Assembly (NCBI GenBank): GCA_964276515.1 | Contig: OZ193909.1 | Location: 10,230,001-10,294,000, forward strand | Direction: 5' to 3' | Origin: Gordius albopunctatus | Lineage: Eukaryota | Length of the DNA: 64,000 nt | Shown here: positions 27,601-42,800 of the stretch, one piece after another | How the letters are laid out: each line of letters opens with the position of its first letter | Numbering within the stretch: the stretch's first letter is position 1 | The notes under the pieces: model-generated | What the model saw: only the letters and a program-made list of their open reading frames with translations | Databases searched by the model: none | What the model was told of the DNA's origin: nothing | Translations under genes and position numbers: made by a program

Positions 27601-30600
27601 ATAAATTTTTACTTCTTATCATGAAAATCACGTCTGAAAATAACAACTTTCATCGGATGAATATGGTTTAATGGAAATAATTTTAAATATTTTGAGCTGA
27701 AAAATATATTTTTTGTTATTTTGTGTAAAAGAGCCTGAAAAAATATATAAAAGTATGCTAATTTGAGATTCCTATTAATCTCGATCGACTCCTTATAAGA
27801 AGTTTTAAGCTGCGAGTACTATCATTTTGAGGAAAGACAACGTTATATTGTTGCGATTAGTTTGTTTCATCGCGACGAGAGTGCTGAATTTTTGAAACAT
27901 GCTATATGCGATGATTATTTCAAAGTAATAGTTATCTAATTGTGATAAATTTTTACTTCTTATCATGAAAATCACGTCTGAAAATAACAACTTTCATCGG
28001 ATGAATATGGTTTAATGGAAATAATTTTAAATATTTTGAGCTGAAAAATATATTTTTTGTTATTTTGTGTAAAAGAGCTTGAAAAAATATATAAAAGTAT
28101 GCTAATTTGAGATTCATATTAATCTCGATCGACTCCTTATAAGAAGTTTTAAGCTGCGAGAACTATCATTTTGAGGAAAGACAACGTTATATTGTTGCGA
28201 TTAGTTTGTTTCATCGCGACGAGAGTGCTGAATTTTTGAAACATGCTATATGCGATGATTATTTCAAAGTAATAGTTATCTAATTGTGATAAATTTTTAC
28301 TTCTTATCATGAAAATCACGTCTGAAAATAACAACTTTCATCGGATGAATAGGGTTTAATGGAAATAATTTTAAATATTTTGAGCTGAAAAATATATTTT
28401 TTGTTATTTTGTGTAAAAGAGCTTGAAAAAATATGTAAAAGTAAGCTAATTTGAGATTCATATTAATCTCGATCGACTCCTTATAAGAAGTTTTAATCTG
28501 CGAGTACTATCATTTTGAGGAAAGACAACGTTATATTGTTGCGATTAGTTTGTTTCATCGCGACGAGAGTGCTGAATTTTTGAAACATGCTATATGCGAT
28601 GATTATTTCAAAGTAATAGTTATTTAATTGTGATAAATTTTTACTTCTTATCATGAAAATCACGTCTGAAAATAACAACTTTCATCGGATGAATATGGTT
28701 TAATGGAAATAATTTTAAATATTTTGAGCTGAAAAATATATTTTTTGTTATTTTGTGTAAAAGAGCTTGAAAAAATATATAAAAGTATGCTAATTTGAGA
28801 TTCATATTAATCTCGATCGACTCCTTATAAGAAGTTTTAAGCTGCGAGAACTATCATTTTGAGGAAAGACAACGTTATATTGTTGCGATTAGTTTGTTTC
28901 ATCGCGACGAGAGTGCTGAATTTTTGAAACATGCTATATGCGATGATTATTTCAAAGTAATAGTTATCTAATTGTGATAAATTTTTACTTCTTATCATGA
29001 AAATCACGTCTGAAAATAACAACTTTCATCGGATGAATATGGTTTAATGGAAATAATTTTAAATATTTTGAGCTGAAAAATATATTTTTTGTTATTTTGT
29101 GTAAAAGAGCTTGAAAAAATATATAAAAGTATGCTAATTTGAGATTCATATTAATCTCGATCGACTCCTTATAAGAAGTTTTAAGCTGCGAGAACTATCA
29201 TTTTGAGGAAAGACAACGTTATATTGTTGCGATTAGTTTGTTTCATCGCGACGAGAGTGCTGAATTTTTGAAACATGCTATATGCGATGATTATTTCAAA
29301 GTAATAGTTATCTAATTGTGATAAATTTTTACTTCTTATGATGGAATACACGTCTGAAAATAACAACTTTCTTCGGATGAATATGGTTTAATGGAAATAA
29401 TTTTAAATATTTTGAGCTAAAAAACGATATTTTTTGTTATTTTATGTAAAAGAGCTTGAAAAAATATGTAAAAGTAAGCTAATTTGAGATTCATATTAAT
29501 CTCGATCGACTCCTTATAAGAAGTTTTAAGCTGCGAGAACTATCATTTTGAGGAAAGACAACGTTATATTGTTGCGATTAGTTTGTTTCATCGCGACGAG
29601 AGTGCTGAATTTTTGAAACATGCTATATGCGATGATTATTTCAAAGTAATAGTTATCTAATTGTGATAAATTTTTACTTCTTATCATGAAAATCACGTCT
29701 GAAAATTACAACTTTCATCGGATGAATATGGTTTAATGGAAATAATTTTAAATATTTTGAGCTAAAAAACGATATTTTTTGTTATTTTATGTAAAAGAGC
29801 TTGAAAAAATATGTAAAAGTAAGCTAATTTGAGATTCATATTAATCTCGATCGACTCCTTATAAGAAGTTTTAATCTGCGAAAACTATTATTTTGAGGAA
29901 AGACAACGTTATATTGTTGCGATTAGTTTGTTTCATCGCGACGAGAGTGCTGAATTTTTGAAACATGTTATATGCGATGATTATTTCAAAGTAATAGTTA
30001 TCTAATTGTGATAAATTTTTACTTCTTATCATGAAAATCACGTCTGAAAATAACAACTTTCATCGGATGAATATGGTTTAATGGAAATAATTTTAAATAT
30101 TTTGAGCTGAAAAATATATTTTTTGTTATTTTGTGTAAAAGAGCCTGAAAAAATATATAAAAGTATGCTAATTTGAGATTCCTATTAATCTCGATCGACT
30201 CCTTATAAGAAGTTTTAAGCTGCGAGTACTATCATTTTGAGGAAAGACAACGTTATATTGTTGCGATTAGTTTGTTTCATCGCGACGAGAGTGCTGAATT
30301 TTTGAAACATGCTATATGCGATGATTATTTCAAAGTAATAGTTATCTAATTGTGATAAATTTTTACTTCTTATCATGAAAATCACGTCTGAAAATAACAA
30401 CTTTCATCGGATGAATATGGTTTAATGGAAATAATTTTAAATATTTTGAGCTGAAAAATATATTTTTTGTTATTTTGTGTAAAAGAGCTTGAAAAAATAT
30501 ATAAAAGTATGCTAATTTGAGATTCATATTAATCTCGATCGACTCCTTATAAGAAGTTTTAAGCTGCGAGAACTATCATTTTGAGGAAAGACAACGTTAT

Positions 30601-33600
30601 ATTGTTGCGATTAGTTTGTTTCATCGCGACGAGAGTGCTGAATTTTTGAAACATGCTATATGCGATGATTATTTCAAAGTAATAGTTATCTAATTGTGAT
30701 AAATTTTTACTTCTTATCATGAAAATCACGTCTGAAAATAACAACTTTCATCGGATGAATAGGGTTTAATGGAAATAATTTTAAATATTTTGAGCTGAAA
30801 AATATATTTTTTGTTATTTTGTGTAAAAGAGCTTGAAAAAATATGTAAAAGTAAGCTAATTTGAGATTCATATTAATCTCGATCGACTCCTTATAAGAAG
30901 TTTTAATCTGCGAGTACTATCATTTTGAGGAAAGACAACGTTATATTGTTGCGATTAGTTTGTTTCATCGCGACGAGAGTGCTGAATTTTTGAAACATGC
31001 TATATGCGATGATTATTTCAAAGTAATAGTTATTTAATTGTGATAAATTTTTACTTCTTATCATGAAAATCACGTCTGAAAATAACAACTTTCATCGGAT
31101 GAATATGGTTTAATGGAAATAATTTTAAATATTTTGAGCTGAAAAATATATTTTTTGTTATTTTGTGTAAAAGAGCTTGAAAAAATATATAAAAGTATGC
31201 TAATTTGAGATTCATATTAATCTCGATCGACTCCTTATAAGAAGTTTTAAGCTGCGAGAACTATCATTTTGAGGAAAGACAACGTTATATTGTTGCGATT
31301 AGTTTGTTTCATCGCGACGAGAGTGCTGAATTTTTGAAACATGCTATATGCGATGATTATTTCAAAGTAATAGTTATCTAATTGTGATAAATTTTTACTT
31401 CTTATCATGAAAATCACGTCTGAAAATAACAACTTTCATCGGATGAATATGGTTTAATGGAAATAATTTTAAATATTTTGAGCTGAAAAATATATTTTTT
31501 GTTATTTTGTGTAAAAGAGCTTGAAAAAATATATAAAAGTATGCTAATTTGAGATTCATATTAATCTCGATCGACTCCTTATAAGAAGTTTTAAGCTGCG
31601 AGAACTATCATTTTGAGGAAAGACAACGTTATATTGTTGCGATTAGTTTGTTTCATCGCGACGAGAGTGCTGAATTTTTGAAACATGCTATATGCGATGA
31701 TTATTTCAAAGTAATAGTTATCTAATTGTGATAAATTTTTACTTCTTATGATGGAATACACGTCTGAAAATAACAACTTTCTTCGGATGAATATGGTTTA
31801 ATGGAAATAATTTTAAATATTTTGAGCTAAAAAACGATATTTTTTGTTATTTTATGTAAAAGAGCTTGAAAAAATATGTAAAAGTAAGCTAATTTGAGAT
31901 TCATATTAATCTCGATCGACTCCTTATAAGAAGTTTTAATCTGCGAAAACTATTATTTTGAGGAAAGACAACGTTATATTGTTGCGATTAGTTTGTTTCA
32001 TCACGACGAGAGTGCTGAATTTTTGAAACATGTTATATGCGATGATTATTTCAAAGTAATAGTTATCTAATTGTGATAAATTTTTACTTCTTATCATGAA
32101 AATCACGTCTGAAAATAACAACTTTCATCGGATGAATATGGTTTAATGGAAATAATTTTAAATATTTTGAGCTGAAAAATATATTTTTTGTTATTTTGTG
32201 TAAAAGAGCTTGAAAAAATATATAAAAGTAAGCTAATTTTAGATTCCTATTGATCTCGATCGACTCCTTATAAGAAGTTTTAAGCTGCGAGAACTATCAT
32301 TTTGAGGAAAGACAACGTTATATTGTTGCGATTAGTTTGTTTAATCGCGACGAGAGTGCTGAATTTTTGAAACATGCTATATGCGATGATTATTTCAAAG
32401 TAATAGTTATCTAATTGTGATAAATTTTTACTTCTTATCATGAAAATCACGTCTGAAAATTACAACTTTCATCGGATGAATATGGTTTAATGGAAATAAT
32501 TTTAAATATTTTGAGCTAAAAAACGATATTTTTTGTTATTTTATGTAAAAGAGCTTGAAAAAATATGTAAAAGTAAGCTAATTTGAGATTCATATTAATC
32601 TCGATCGACTCCTTATAAGAAGTTTTAATCTGCGAAAACTATTATTTTGAGGAAAGACAACGTTATATTGTTGCGATTAGTTTGTTTCATCGCGACGAGA
32701 GTGCTGAATTTTTGAAACATGTTATATGCGATGATTATTTCAAAGTAATAGTTATCTAATTGTGATAAATTTTTACTTCTTATCATGAAAATCACGTCTG
32801 AAAATAACAACTTTCATCGGATGAATATGGTTTAATGGAAATAATTTTAAATATTTTGAGCTGAAAAATATATTTTTTGTTATTTTGTGTAAAAGAGCCT
32901 GAAAAAATATATAAAAGTATGCTAATTTGAGATTCCTATTAATCTCGATCGACTCCTTATAAGAAGTTTTAAGCTGCGAGTACTATCATTTTGAGGAAAG
33001 ACAACGTTATATTGTTGCGATTAGTTTGTTTCATCGCGACGAGAGTGCTGAATTTTTGAAACATGCTATATGCGATGATTATTTCAAAGTAATAGTTATC
33101 TAATTGTGATAAATTTTTACTTCTTATCATGAAAATCACGTCTGAAAATAACAACTTTCATCGGATGAATATGGTTTAATGGAAATAATTTTAAATATTT
33201 TGAGCTGAAAAATATATTTTTTGTTATTTTGTGTAAAAGAGCTTGAAAAAATATATAAAAGTATGCTAATTTGAGATTCATATTAATCTCGATCGACTCC
33301 TTATAAGAAGTTTTAAGCTGCGAGAACTATCATTTTGAGGAAAGACAACGTTATATTGTTGCGATTAGTTTGTTTCATCGCGACGAGAGTGCTGAATTTT
33401 TGAAACATGCTATATGCGATGATTATTTCAAAGTAATAGTTATCTAATTGTAATAAATTTTTACTTCTTATCATGAAAATCACGTCTGAAAATAACAACT
33501 TTCATCGGATGAATATGGTTTAATGGAAATAATTTTAAATATTTTGAGCTGAAAAATATATTTTTTGTTATTTTGTGTAAAAGAGCTTGAAAAAATATAT

Positions 33601-33850
33601 AAAAGTATGCTAATTTGAGATTCATATTAATCTCGATCGACTCCTTATAAGAAGTTTTAAGCTGCGAGAACTATCATTTTGAGGAAAGACAACGTTATAT
33701 TGTTGCGATTAGTTTGTTTCATCGCGACGAGAGTGCTGAATTTTTGAAACATGCTATATGCGATGATTATTTCAAAGTAATAGTTATCTAATTGTGATAA
33801 ATTTTTACTTCTTATGATGGAATACACGTCTGAAAATAACAACTTTCTTC
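24651..33850. repeat. Sub-domain II
   Basis: New variants first appear between ~24.86 and 25.8 kb: TTATGATGG, CTTTCTTCGG, GCTAAAAAACGATAT, AATATGTAAAAG, TTAATCTGCGAAAAC, TTTTAGATTCCTATTGATC, GCGAGTACT. The right boundary is gradual. Confidence 0.75.
27091..31935. repeat. Tandem duplication of a 7-monomer block (2410 bp)
   Basis: 27461/29871, 27805/30215, 28493/30903, 29181/31591. Rare alleles ATAGGGTTT (~28352/30762) and TTATTTAATT (~28624/31034) were each seen twice, 2410 bp apart. Confidence 0.88.
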
Positions 33851-36800
33851 GGATGAATATGGTTTAATGGAAATAATTTTAAATATTTTGAGCTGAAAAA
33901 TATATTTTTTGTTATTTTGTGTAAAAGAGCTTGAAAAAATATATAAAAGTAAGCTAATTTTAGATTCCTATTGATCTCGATCGACTCCTTATAAGAAGTT
34001 TTAAGCTGCGAGAACTATCATTTTGAGGAAAGACAACGTTATATTGTTGCGATTAGTTTGTTTCATCGCGACGAGAGTGCTGAATTTTTGAAACATGCTA
34101 TATGCGATGATTATTTCAAAGTAATAGTTATCTAATTGTGATAAATTTTTACTTCTTATCATGAAAATCACGTCTGAAAATAACAACTTTCATCGGATGA
34201 ATATGGTTTAATGGAAATAATTTTAAATATTTTGAGCTGAAAAATATATTTTTTGTTATTTTGTGTAAAAGAGCTTGAAAAAATATATAAAAGTAAGCTA
34301 ATTTTAGATTCCTATTGATCTCGATCGACTCCTTATAAGAAGTTTTAAGCTGCGAGAACTATCATTTTGAGGAAAGACAACGTTATATTGTTGCGATTAG
34401 TTTGTTTCATCGCGACGAGACTGCTGAATTTTTGAAACATGCTATATGCGATGATTATTTCAAAGTAATAGTTATCTAATTGTGATAAATTTTTACTTCT
34501 TATCATGAAAATCACGTCTGAAAATTACAACTTTCATCGGATGAATATGGTTTAATGGAAATAATTTTAAATATTTTGAGCTGAAAAATATATTTTTTGT
34601 TATTTTATGTAAAAGAGCTTGAAAAAATATATAAAAGTAAGCTAATTTGAGATTCCTATTAATCTCGATCGACTCCTTATAAGAAGTTTTAAGCTGCGAG
34701 AACTATCATTTTGAGGAAAGACAACGTTATATTGTTGCGATTAGTTTGTTTCATCGCGACGAGAGTGCTGAATTTTTGAAACATGCTATATGCGATGATT
34801 ATTTCAAAGTAATAGTTATCTAATTGTGATAAATTTTTACTTCTTATCATGAAAATCACGTCTGAAAATAACAACTTTCATCGGATGAATATGGTTTAAT
34901 GGAAATAATTTTAAATATTTTGAGCTGAAAAATATATTTTTTGTTATTTTGTGTAAAAGAGCTTGAAAAAATATATAAAAGTATGCTAATTTGAGATTCC
35001 TATTAATCTCGATCGACTCCTTATAAGAAGTTTTAATCTGCGAAAACTATCATTTTGAGGAAAGACAACGTTATATTGTTGCGATTAATTTGTTTCATCG
35101 CGACGAGAGTGCTGAATTTTTGAAACATGCTATATGCGATGATTATTTCAAAGTAATAGTTATCTAATTGTGATAAATTTTTACTTCTTATCATGAAAAT
35201 CACGTCTGAAAATAACAACTTTCATCGGATGAATATGGTTTAATGGAAATAATTTTAAATATTTTGAGTTGAAAAATATATTTTTAGTTATTTTGTGTAA
35301 AAGAGCTTGAAAAAATATATAAAAGTATGCTAATTTGAGATTCCTATTAATCTCGATCGACTCCTTATAAGAAGTTTTAAGCTGCGAGAACTATCATTTT
35401 GAGGAAAGACAACGTTATATTGTTGCGATTAGTTTGTTTCATCGCGACGAGAGTGCTGAATTTTTGAAACATGTTATATGCGATGATTATTTCAAAGTAA
35501 TAGTTATCTAATTGTGATAAATTTTTACTTCTTATCATGGAATACACGTCTGAAAATAATAACTTTCATCGGATGAATATGGTTTAATGGAAATAATTTT
35601 AAATATTTTGAGTTGAAAAATATATTTTTAGTTATTTTGTGTAAAAGAGCTTGAAAAAATATATAAAAGTATGGTAATTTGAGATTCCTATTAATCTAGA
35701 TCGACTCCTTATAAGAAGTCTTAAGCTGCGAGAACTATCATTTTGAGGAAAGACAACGTTATATTGTTGCGATTAGTTTGTTTCATCGCGACGAGAGTGC
35801 TGAATTTTTGAAACATGCTATATGCGATGATTATTTCAAAGTAATAGTTATCTAATTGTGATAAATTTTTACTTCTTATCATGAAAATCACGTCTGAAAA
35901 TAACAACTTTCATCGGATGAATATGGTTTAATGGAAATAATTTTAAATATTTTGAGCTGAAAAATATATTTTTTGTTATTTTGTGTAAAAGAGCTTGAAA
36001 AAATATATAAAAGTATGCTAATTTGAGATTCCTATTAATCTCGATCGACTCCTTATAAGAAGTTTTAATCTGCGAAAACTATCATTTTGAGGAAAGACAA
36101 CGTTATATTGTTGCGATTAATTTGTTTCATCGCGACGAGAGTGCTGAATTTTTGAAACATGCTATATGCGATGATTATTTCAAAGTAATAGTTATCTAAT
36201 TGTGATAAATTTTTACTTCTTATCATGAAAATCACGTCTGAAAATAACAACTTTCATCGGATGAATATGGTTTAATGGAAATAATTTTAAATATTTTGAG
36301 TTGAAAAATATATTTTTAGTTATTTTGTGTAAAAGAGCTTGAAAAAATATATAAAAGTATGCTAATTTGAGATTCCTATTAATCTCGATCGACTCCTTAT
36401 AAGAAGTTTTAAGCTGCGAGAACTATCATTTTGAGGAAAGACAACGTTATATTGTTGCGATTAGTTTGTTTCATCGCGACGAGAGTGCTGAATTTTTGAA
36501 ACATGCTATATGCGATGATTATTTCAAAGTAATAGTTATCTAATTGTGATAAATTTTTACTTCTTATCATGAAAATCACGTCTGAAAATAACAACTTTCA
36601 TCGGATGAATATGGTTTAATGGAAATAATTTTAAATATTTTGAGTTGAAAAATATATTTTTAGTTATTTTGTGTAAAAGAGCTTGAAAAAATATATAAAA
36701 GTATGCTAATTTGAGATTCATATTAATCTCGATCGACTCCTTATAAGAAGTTTTAAGCTGCGAGAACTATCATTTTGAGGAAAGACAACGTTATATTGTT

Positions 36801-39800
36801 GCGATTAGTTTGTTTCATCGCGACGAGAGTGCTGAATTTTTGAAACATGCTATATGCGATGATTATTTCAAAGTAATAGTTATCTAATTGTGATAAATTT
36901 TTACTTCTTATGATGGAATACACGTCTGAAAATAACAACTTTCTTCGGATGAATATGGTTTAATGGAAATAATTTTAAATATTTTGAGCTGAAAAATATA
37001 TTTTTTGTTATTTTGTGTAAAAGAGCTTGAAAAAATATATAAAAGTATGCTAATTTGAGATTCCTATTAATCTCGATCGACTCCTTATAAGAAGTTTTAA
37101 TCTGCGAAAACTATCATTTTGAGGAAAGACAACGTTATATTGTTGCGATTAATTTGTTTCATCGCGACGAGAGTGCTGAATTTTTGAAACATGCTATATG
37201 CGATGATTATTTCAAAGTAATAGTTATCTAATTGTGATAAATTTTTACTTCTTATCATGAAAATCACGTCTGAAAATAACAACTTTCATCGGATGAATAT
37301 GGTTTAATGGAAATAATTTTAAATATTTTGAGTTGAAAAATATATTTTTAGTTATTTTGTGTAAAAGAGCTTGAAAAAATATATAAAAGTATGCTAATTT
37401 GAGATTCCTATTAATCTCGATCGACTCCTTATAAGAAGTTTTAAGCTGCGAGAACTATCATTTTGAGGAAAGACAACGTTATATTGTTGCGATTAGTTTG
37501 TTTCATCGCGACGAGAGTGCTGAATTTTTGAAACATGCTATATGCGATGATTATTTCAAAGTAATAGTTATCTAATTGTGATAAATTTTTACTTCTTATC
37601 ATGAAAATCACGTCTGAAAATAACAACTTTCATCGGATGAATATGGTTTAATGGAAATAATTTTAAATATTTTGAGCTGAAAAATATATTTTTTGTTATT
37701 TTGTGTAAAAGAGCTTGAAAAAATATATAAAAGTATGCTAATTTGAGATTCATATTAATCTCGATCGACTCCTTATAAGAAGTTTTAAGCTGCGAGAACT
37801 ATCATTTTGAGGAAAGACAACGTTATATTGTTGCGATTAGTTTGTTTCATCGCGACGAGAGTGCTGAATTTTTGAAACATGCTATATGCGATGATTATTT
37901 CAAAGTAATAGTTATCTAATTGTGATAAATTTTTACTTCTTATGATGGAATACACGTCTGAAAATAACAACTTTCTTCGGATGAATATGGTTTAATGGAA
38001 ATAATTTTAAATATTTTGAGCTGAAAAATATATTTTTTGTTATTTTGTGTAAAAGAGCTTGAAAAAATATATAAAAGTAAGCTAATTTTAGATTCCTATT
38101 GATCTCGATCGACTCCTTATAAGAAGTTTTAAGCTGCGAGAACTATCATTTTGAGGAAAGACAACGTTATATTGTTGCGATTAATTTGTTTCATCGCGAC
38201 GAGAGTGCTGAATTTTTGAAACATGCTATATGCGATGATTATTTCAAAGTAATAGTTATCTAATTGTGATAAATTTTTACTTCTTATCATGAAAATCACG
38301 TCTGAAAATAACAACTTTCATCGGATGAATATGGTTTAATGGAAATAATTTTAAATATTTTGAGTTGAAAAATATATTTTTAGTTATTTTGTGTAAAAGA
38401 GCTTGAAAAAATATATAAAAGTATGCTAATTTGAGATTCCTATTAATCTCGATCGACTCCTTATAAGAAGTTTTAAGCTGCGAGAACTATCATTTTGAGG
38501 AAAGACAACGTTATATTGTTGCGATTAGTTTGTTTCATCGCGACGAGAGTGCTGAATTTTTGAAACATGCTATATGCGATGATTATTTCAAAGTAATAGT
38601 TATCTAATTGTGATAAATTTTTACTTCTTATCATGAAAATCACGTCTGAAAATAACAACTTTCATCGGATGAATATGGTTTAATGGAAATAATTTTAAAT
38701 ATTTTGAGCTGAAAAATATATTTTTTGTTATTTTGTGTAAAAGAGCTTGAAAAAATATATAAAAGTAAGCTAATTTTAGATTCCTATTGATCTCGATCGA
38801 ATCCTTATAAGAAGTTTTAAGCTGCGAGAACTATCATTTTGAGGAAAGACAACGTTATATTGTTGCGATTAGTTTGTTTCATCGCGACGAGAGTGCTGAA
38901 TTTTTGAAACATGCTATATGCGATGATTATTTCAAAGTAATAGTTATCTAATTGTGATAAATTTTTACTTCTTATCATGAAAATCACGTCTGAAAATAAC
39001 AACTTTCATCGGATGAATATGGTTTAATGGAAATAATTTTAAATATTTTGAGCTGAAAAATATATTTTTTGTTATTTTGTGTAAAAGAGCTTGAAAAAAT
39101 ATATAAAAGTATGCTAATTTGAGATTCATATTAATCTCGATCGACTCCTTATAAGAAGTTTTAAGCTGCGAGAACTATCATTTTGAGGAAAGACAACGTT
39201 ATATTGTTGCGATTAGTTTGTTTCATCGCGACGAGAGTGCTGAATTTTTGAAACATGCTATATGCGATGATTATTTCAAAGTAATAGTTATCTAATTGTG
39301 ATAAATTTTTACTTCTTATGATGGAATACACGTCTGAAAATAACAACTTTCTTCGGATGAATATGGTTTAATGGAAATAATTTTAAATATTTTGAGCTGA
39401 AAAATATATTTTTTGTTATTTTGTGTAAAAGAGCTTGAAAAAATATATAAAAGTAAGCTAATTTTAGATTCCTATTGATCTCGATCGACTCCTTATAAGA
39501 AGTTTTAAGCTGCGAGAACTATCATTTTGAGGAAAGACAACGTTATATTGTTGCGATTAGTTTGTTTCATCGCGACGAGAGTGCTGAATTTTTGAAACAT
39601 GCTATATGCGATGATTATTTCAAAGTAATAGTTATCTAATTGTGATAAATTTTTACTTCTTATCATGAAAATCACGTCTGAAAATAACAACTTTCATCGG
39701 ATGAATATGGTTTAATGGAAATAATTTTAAATATTTTGAGCTGAAAAATATATTTTTTGTTATTTTGTGTAAAAGAGCTTGAAAAAATATATAAAAGTAA

Positions 39801-42800
39801 GCTAATTTTAGATTCCTATTGATCTCGATCGACTCCTTATAAGAAGTTTTAAGCTGCGAGAACTATCATTTTGAGGAAAGACAACGTTATATTGTTGCGA
39901 TTAGTTTGTTTCATCGCGACGAGAGTGCTGAATTTTTGAAACATGCTATATGCGATGATTATTTCAAAGTAATAGTTATCTAATTGTGATAAATTTTTAC
40001 TTCTTATCATGAAAATCACGTCTGAAAATAACAACTTTCATCGGATGAATATGGTTTAATGGAAATAATTTTAAATATTTTGAGCTGAAAAATATATTTT
40101 TTGTTATTTTGTGTAAAAGAGCTTGAAAAAATATATAAAAGTATGCTAATTTGAGATTCCTATTAATCTCGATCGACTCCTTATAAGAAGTTTTAATCTG
40201 CGAAAACTATCATTTTGAGGAAAGACAACGTTATATTGTTGCGATTAATTTGTTTCATCGCGACGAGAGTGCTGAATTTTTGAAACATGCTATATGCGAT
40301 GATTATTTCAAAGTAATAGTTATCTAATTGTGATAAATTTTTACTTCTTATCATGAAAATCACGTCTGAAAATAACAACTTTCATCGGATGAATATGGTT
40401 TAATGGAAATAATTTTAAATATTTTGAGTTGAAAAATATATTTTTAGTTATTTTGTGTAAAAGAGCTTGAAAAAATATATAAAAGTATGCTAATTTGAGA
40501 TTCCTATTAATCTCGATCGACTCCTTATAAGAAGTTTTAAGCTGCGAGAACTATCATTTTGAGGAAAGACAACGTTATATTGTTGCGATTAGTTTGTTTC
40601 ATCGCGACGAGAGTGCTGAATTTTTGAAACATGCTATATGCGATGATTATTTCAAAGTAATAGTTATCTAATTGTGATAAATTTTTACTTCTTATCATGA
40701 AAATCACGTCTGAAAATAACAACTTTCATCGGATGAATATGGTTTAATGGAAATAATTTTAAATATTTTGAGCTGAAAAATATATTTTTTGTTATTTTGT
40801 GTAAAAGAGCTTGAAAAAATATATAAAAGTATGCTAATTTGAGATTCATATTAATCTCGATCGACTCCTTATAAGAAGTTTTAAGCTGCGAGAACTATCA
40901 TTTTGAGGAAAGACAACGTTATATTGTTGCGATTAGTTTGTTTCATCGCGACGAGAGTGCTGAATTTTTGAAACATGCTATATGCGATGATTATTTCAAA
41001 GTAATAGTTATCTAATTGTGATAAATTTTTACTTCTTATGATGGAATACACGTCTGAAAATAACAACTTTCTTCGGATGAATATGGTTTAATGGAAATAA
41101 TTTTAAATATTTTGAGCTGAAAAATATATTTTTTGTTATTTTGTGTAAAAGAGCTTGAAAAAATATATAAAAGTAAGCTAATTTTAGATTCCTATTGATC
41201 TCGATCGACTCCTTATAAGAAGTTTTAAGCTGCGAGAACTATCATTTTGAGGAAAGACAACGTTATATTGTTGCGATTAGTTTGTTTCATCGCGACGAGA
41301 GTGCTGAATTTTTGAAACATGCTATATGCGATGATTATTTCAAAGTAATAGTTATCTAATTGTGATAAATTTTTACTTCTTATCATGAAAATCACGTCTG
41401 AAAATAACAACTTTCATCGGATGAATATGGTTTAATGGAAATAATTTTAAATATTTTGAGCTGAAAAATATATTTTTTGTTATTTTGTGTAAAAGAGCTT
41501 GAAAAAATATATAAAAGTAAGCTAATTTTAGATTCCTATTGATCTCGATCGACTCCTTATAAGAAGTTTTAAGCTGCGAGAACTATCATTTTGAGGAAAG
41601 ACAACGTTATATTGTTGCGATTAGTTTGTTTCATCGCGACGAGAGTGCTGAATTTTTGAAACATGCTATATGCGGTGATTATTTCAAAGTAATAGTTATC
41701 TAATTGTGATAAATTTTTACTTCTTATCATGAAAATCACGTCTGAAAATAACAACTTTCATCGGATGAATATGGTTTAATGGAAATAATTTTAAATATTT
41801 TGAGCTGAAAAATATATTTTTTGTTATTTTGTGTAAAAGAGCTTGAAAAAATATATAAAAGTATGCTAATTTGAGATTCCTATTAATCTCGATCGACTCC
41901 TTATAAGAAGTTTTAATCTGCGAAAACTATCATTTTGAGGAAAGACAACGTTATATTGTTGCGATTAATTTGTTTCATCGCGACGAGAGTGCTGAATTTT
42001 TGAAACATGCTATATGCGATGATTATTTCAAAGTAATAGTTATCTAATTGTGATAAATTTTTACTTCTTATCATGAAAATCACGTCTGAAAATAACAACT
42101 TTCATCGGATGAATATGGTTTAATGGAAATAATTTTAAATATTTTGAGTTGAAAAATATATTTTTAGTTATTTTGTGTAAAAGAGCTTGAAAAAATATAT
42201 AAAAGTATGCTAATTTGAGATTCCTATTAATCTCGATCGACTCCTTATAAGAAGTTTTAAGCTGCGAGAACTATCATTTTGAGGAAAGACAACGTTATAT
42301 TGTTGCGATTAGTTTGTTTCATCGCGACGAGAGTGCTGAATTTTTGAAACATGTTATATGCGATGATTATTTCAAAGTAATAGTTATCTAATTGTGATAA
42401 ATTTTTACTTCTTATCATGGAATACACGTCTGAAAATAATAACTTTCATCGGATGAATATGGTTTAATGGAAATAATTTTAAATATTTTGAGTTGAAAAA
42501 TATATTTTTAGTTATTTTGTGTAAAAGAGCTTGAAAAAATATATAAAAGTATGCTAATTTGAGATTCCTATTAATCTAGATCGACTCCTTATAAGAAGTC
42601 TTAAGCTGCGAGAACTATCATTTTGAGGAAAGACAACGTTATATTGTTGCGATTAGTTTGTTTCATCGCGACGAGAGTGCTGAATTTTTGAAACATGCTA
42701 TATGCGATGATTATTTCAAAGTAATAGTTATCTAATTGTGATAAATTTTTACTTCTTATCATGAAAATCACGTCTGAAAATAACAACTTTCATCGGATGA

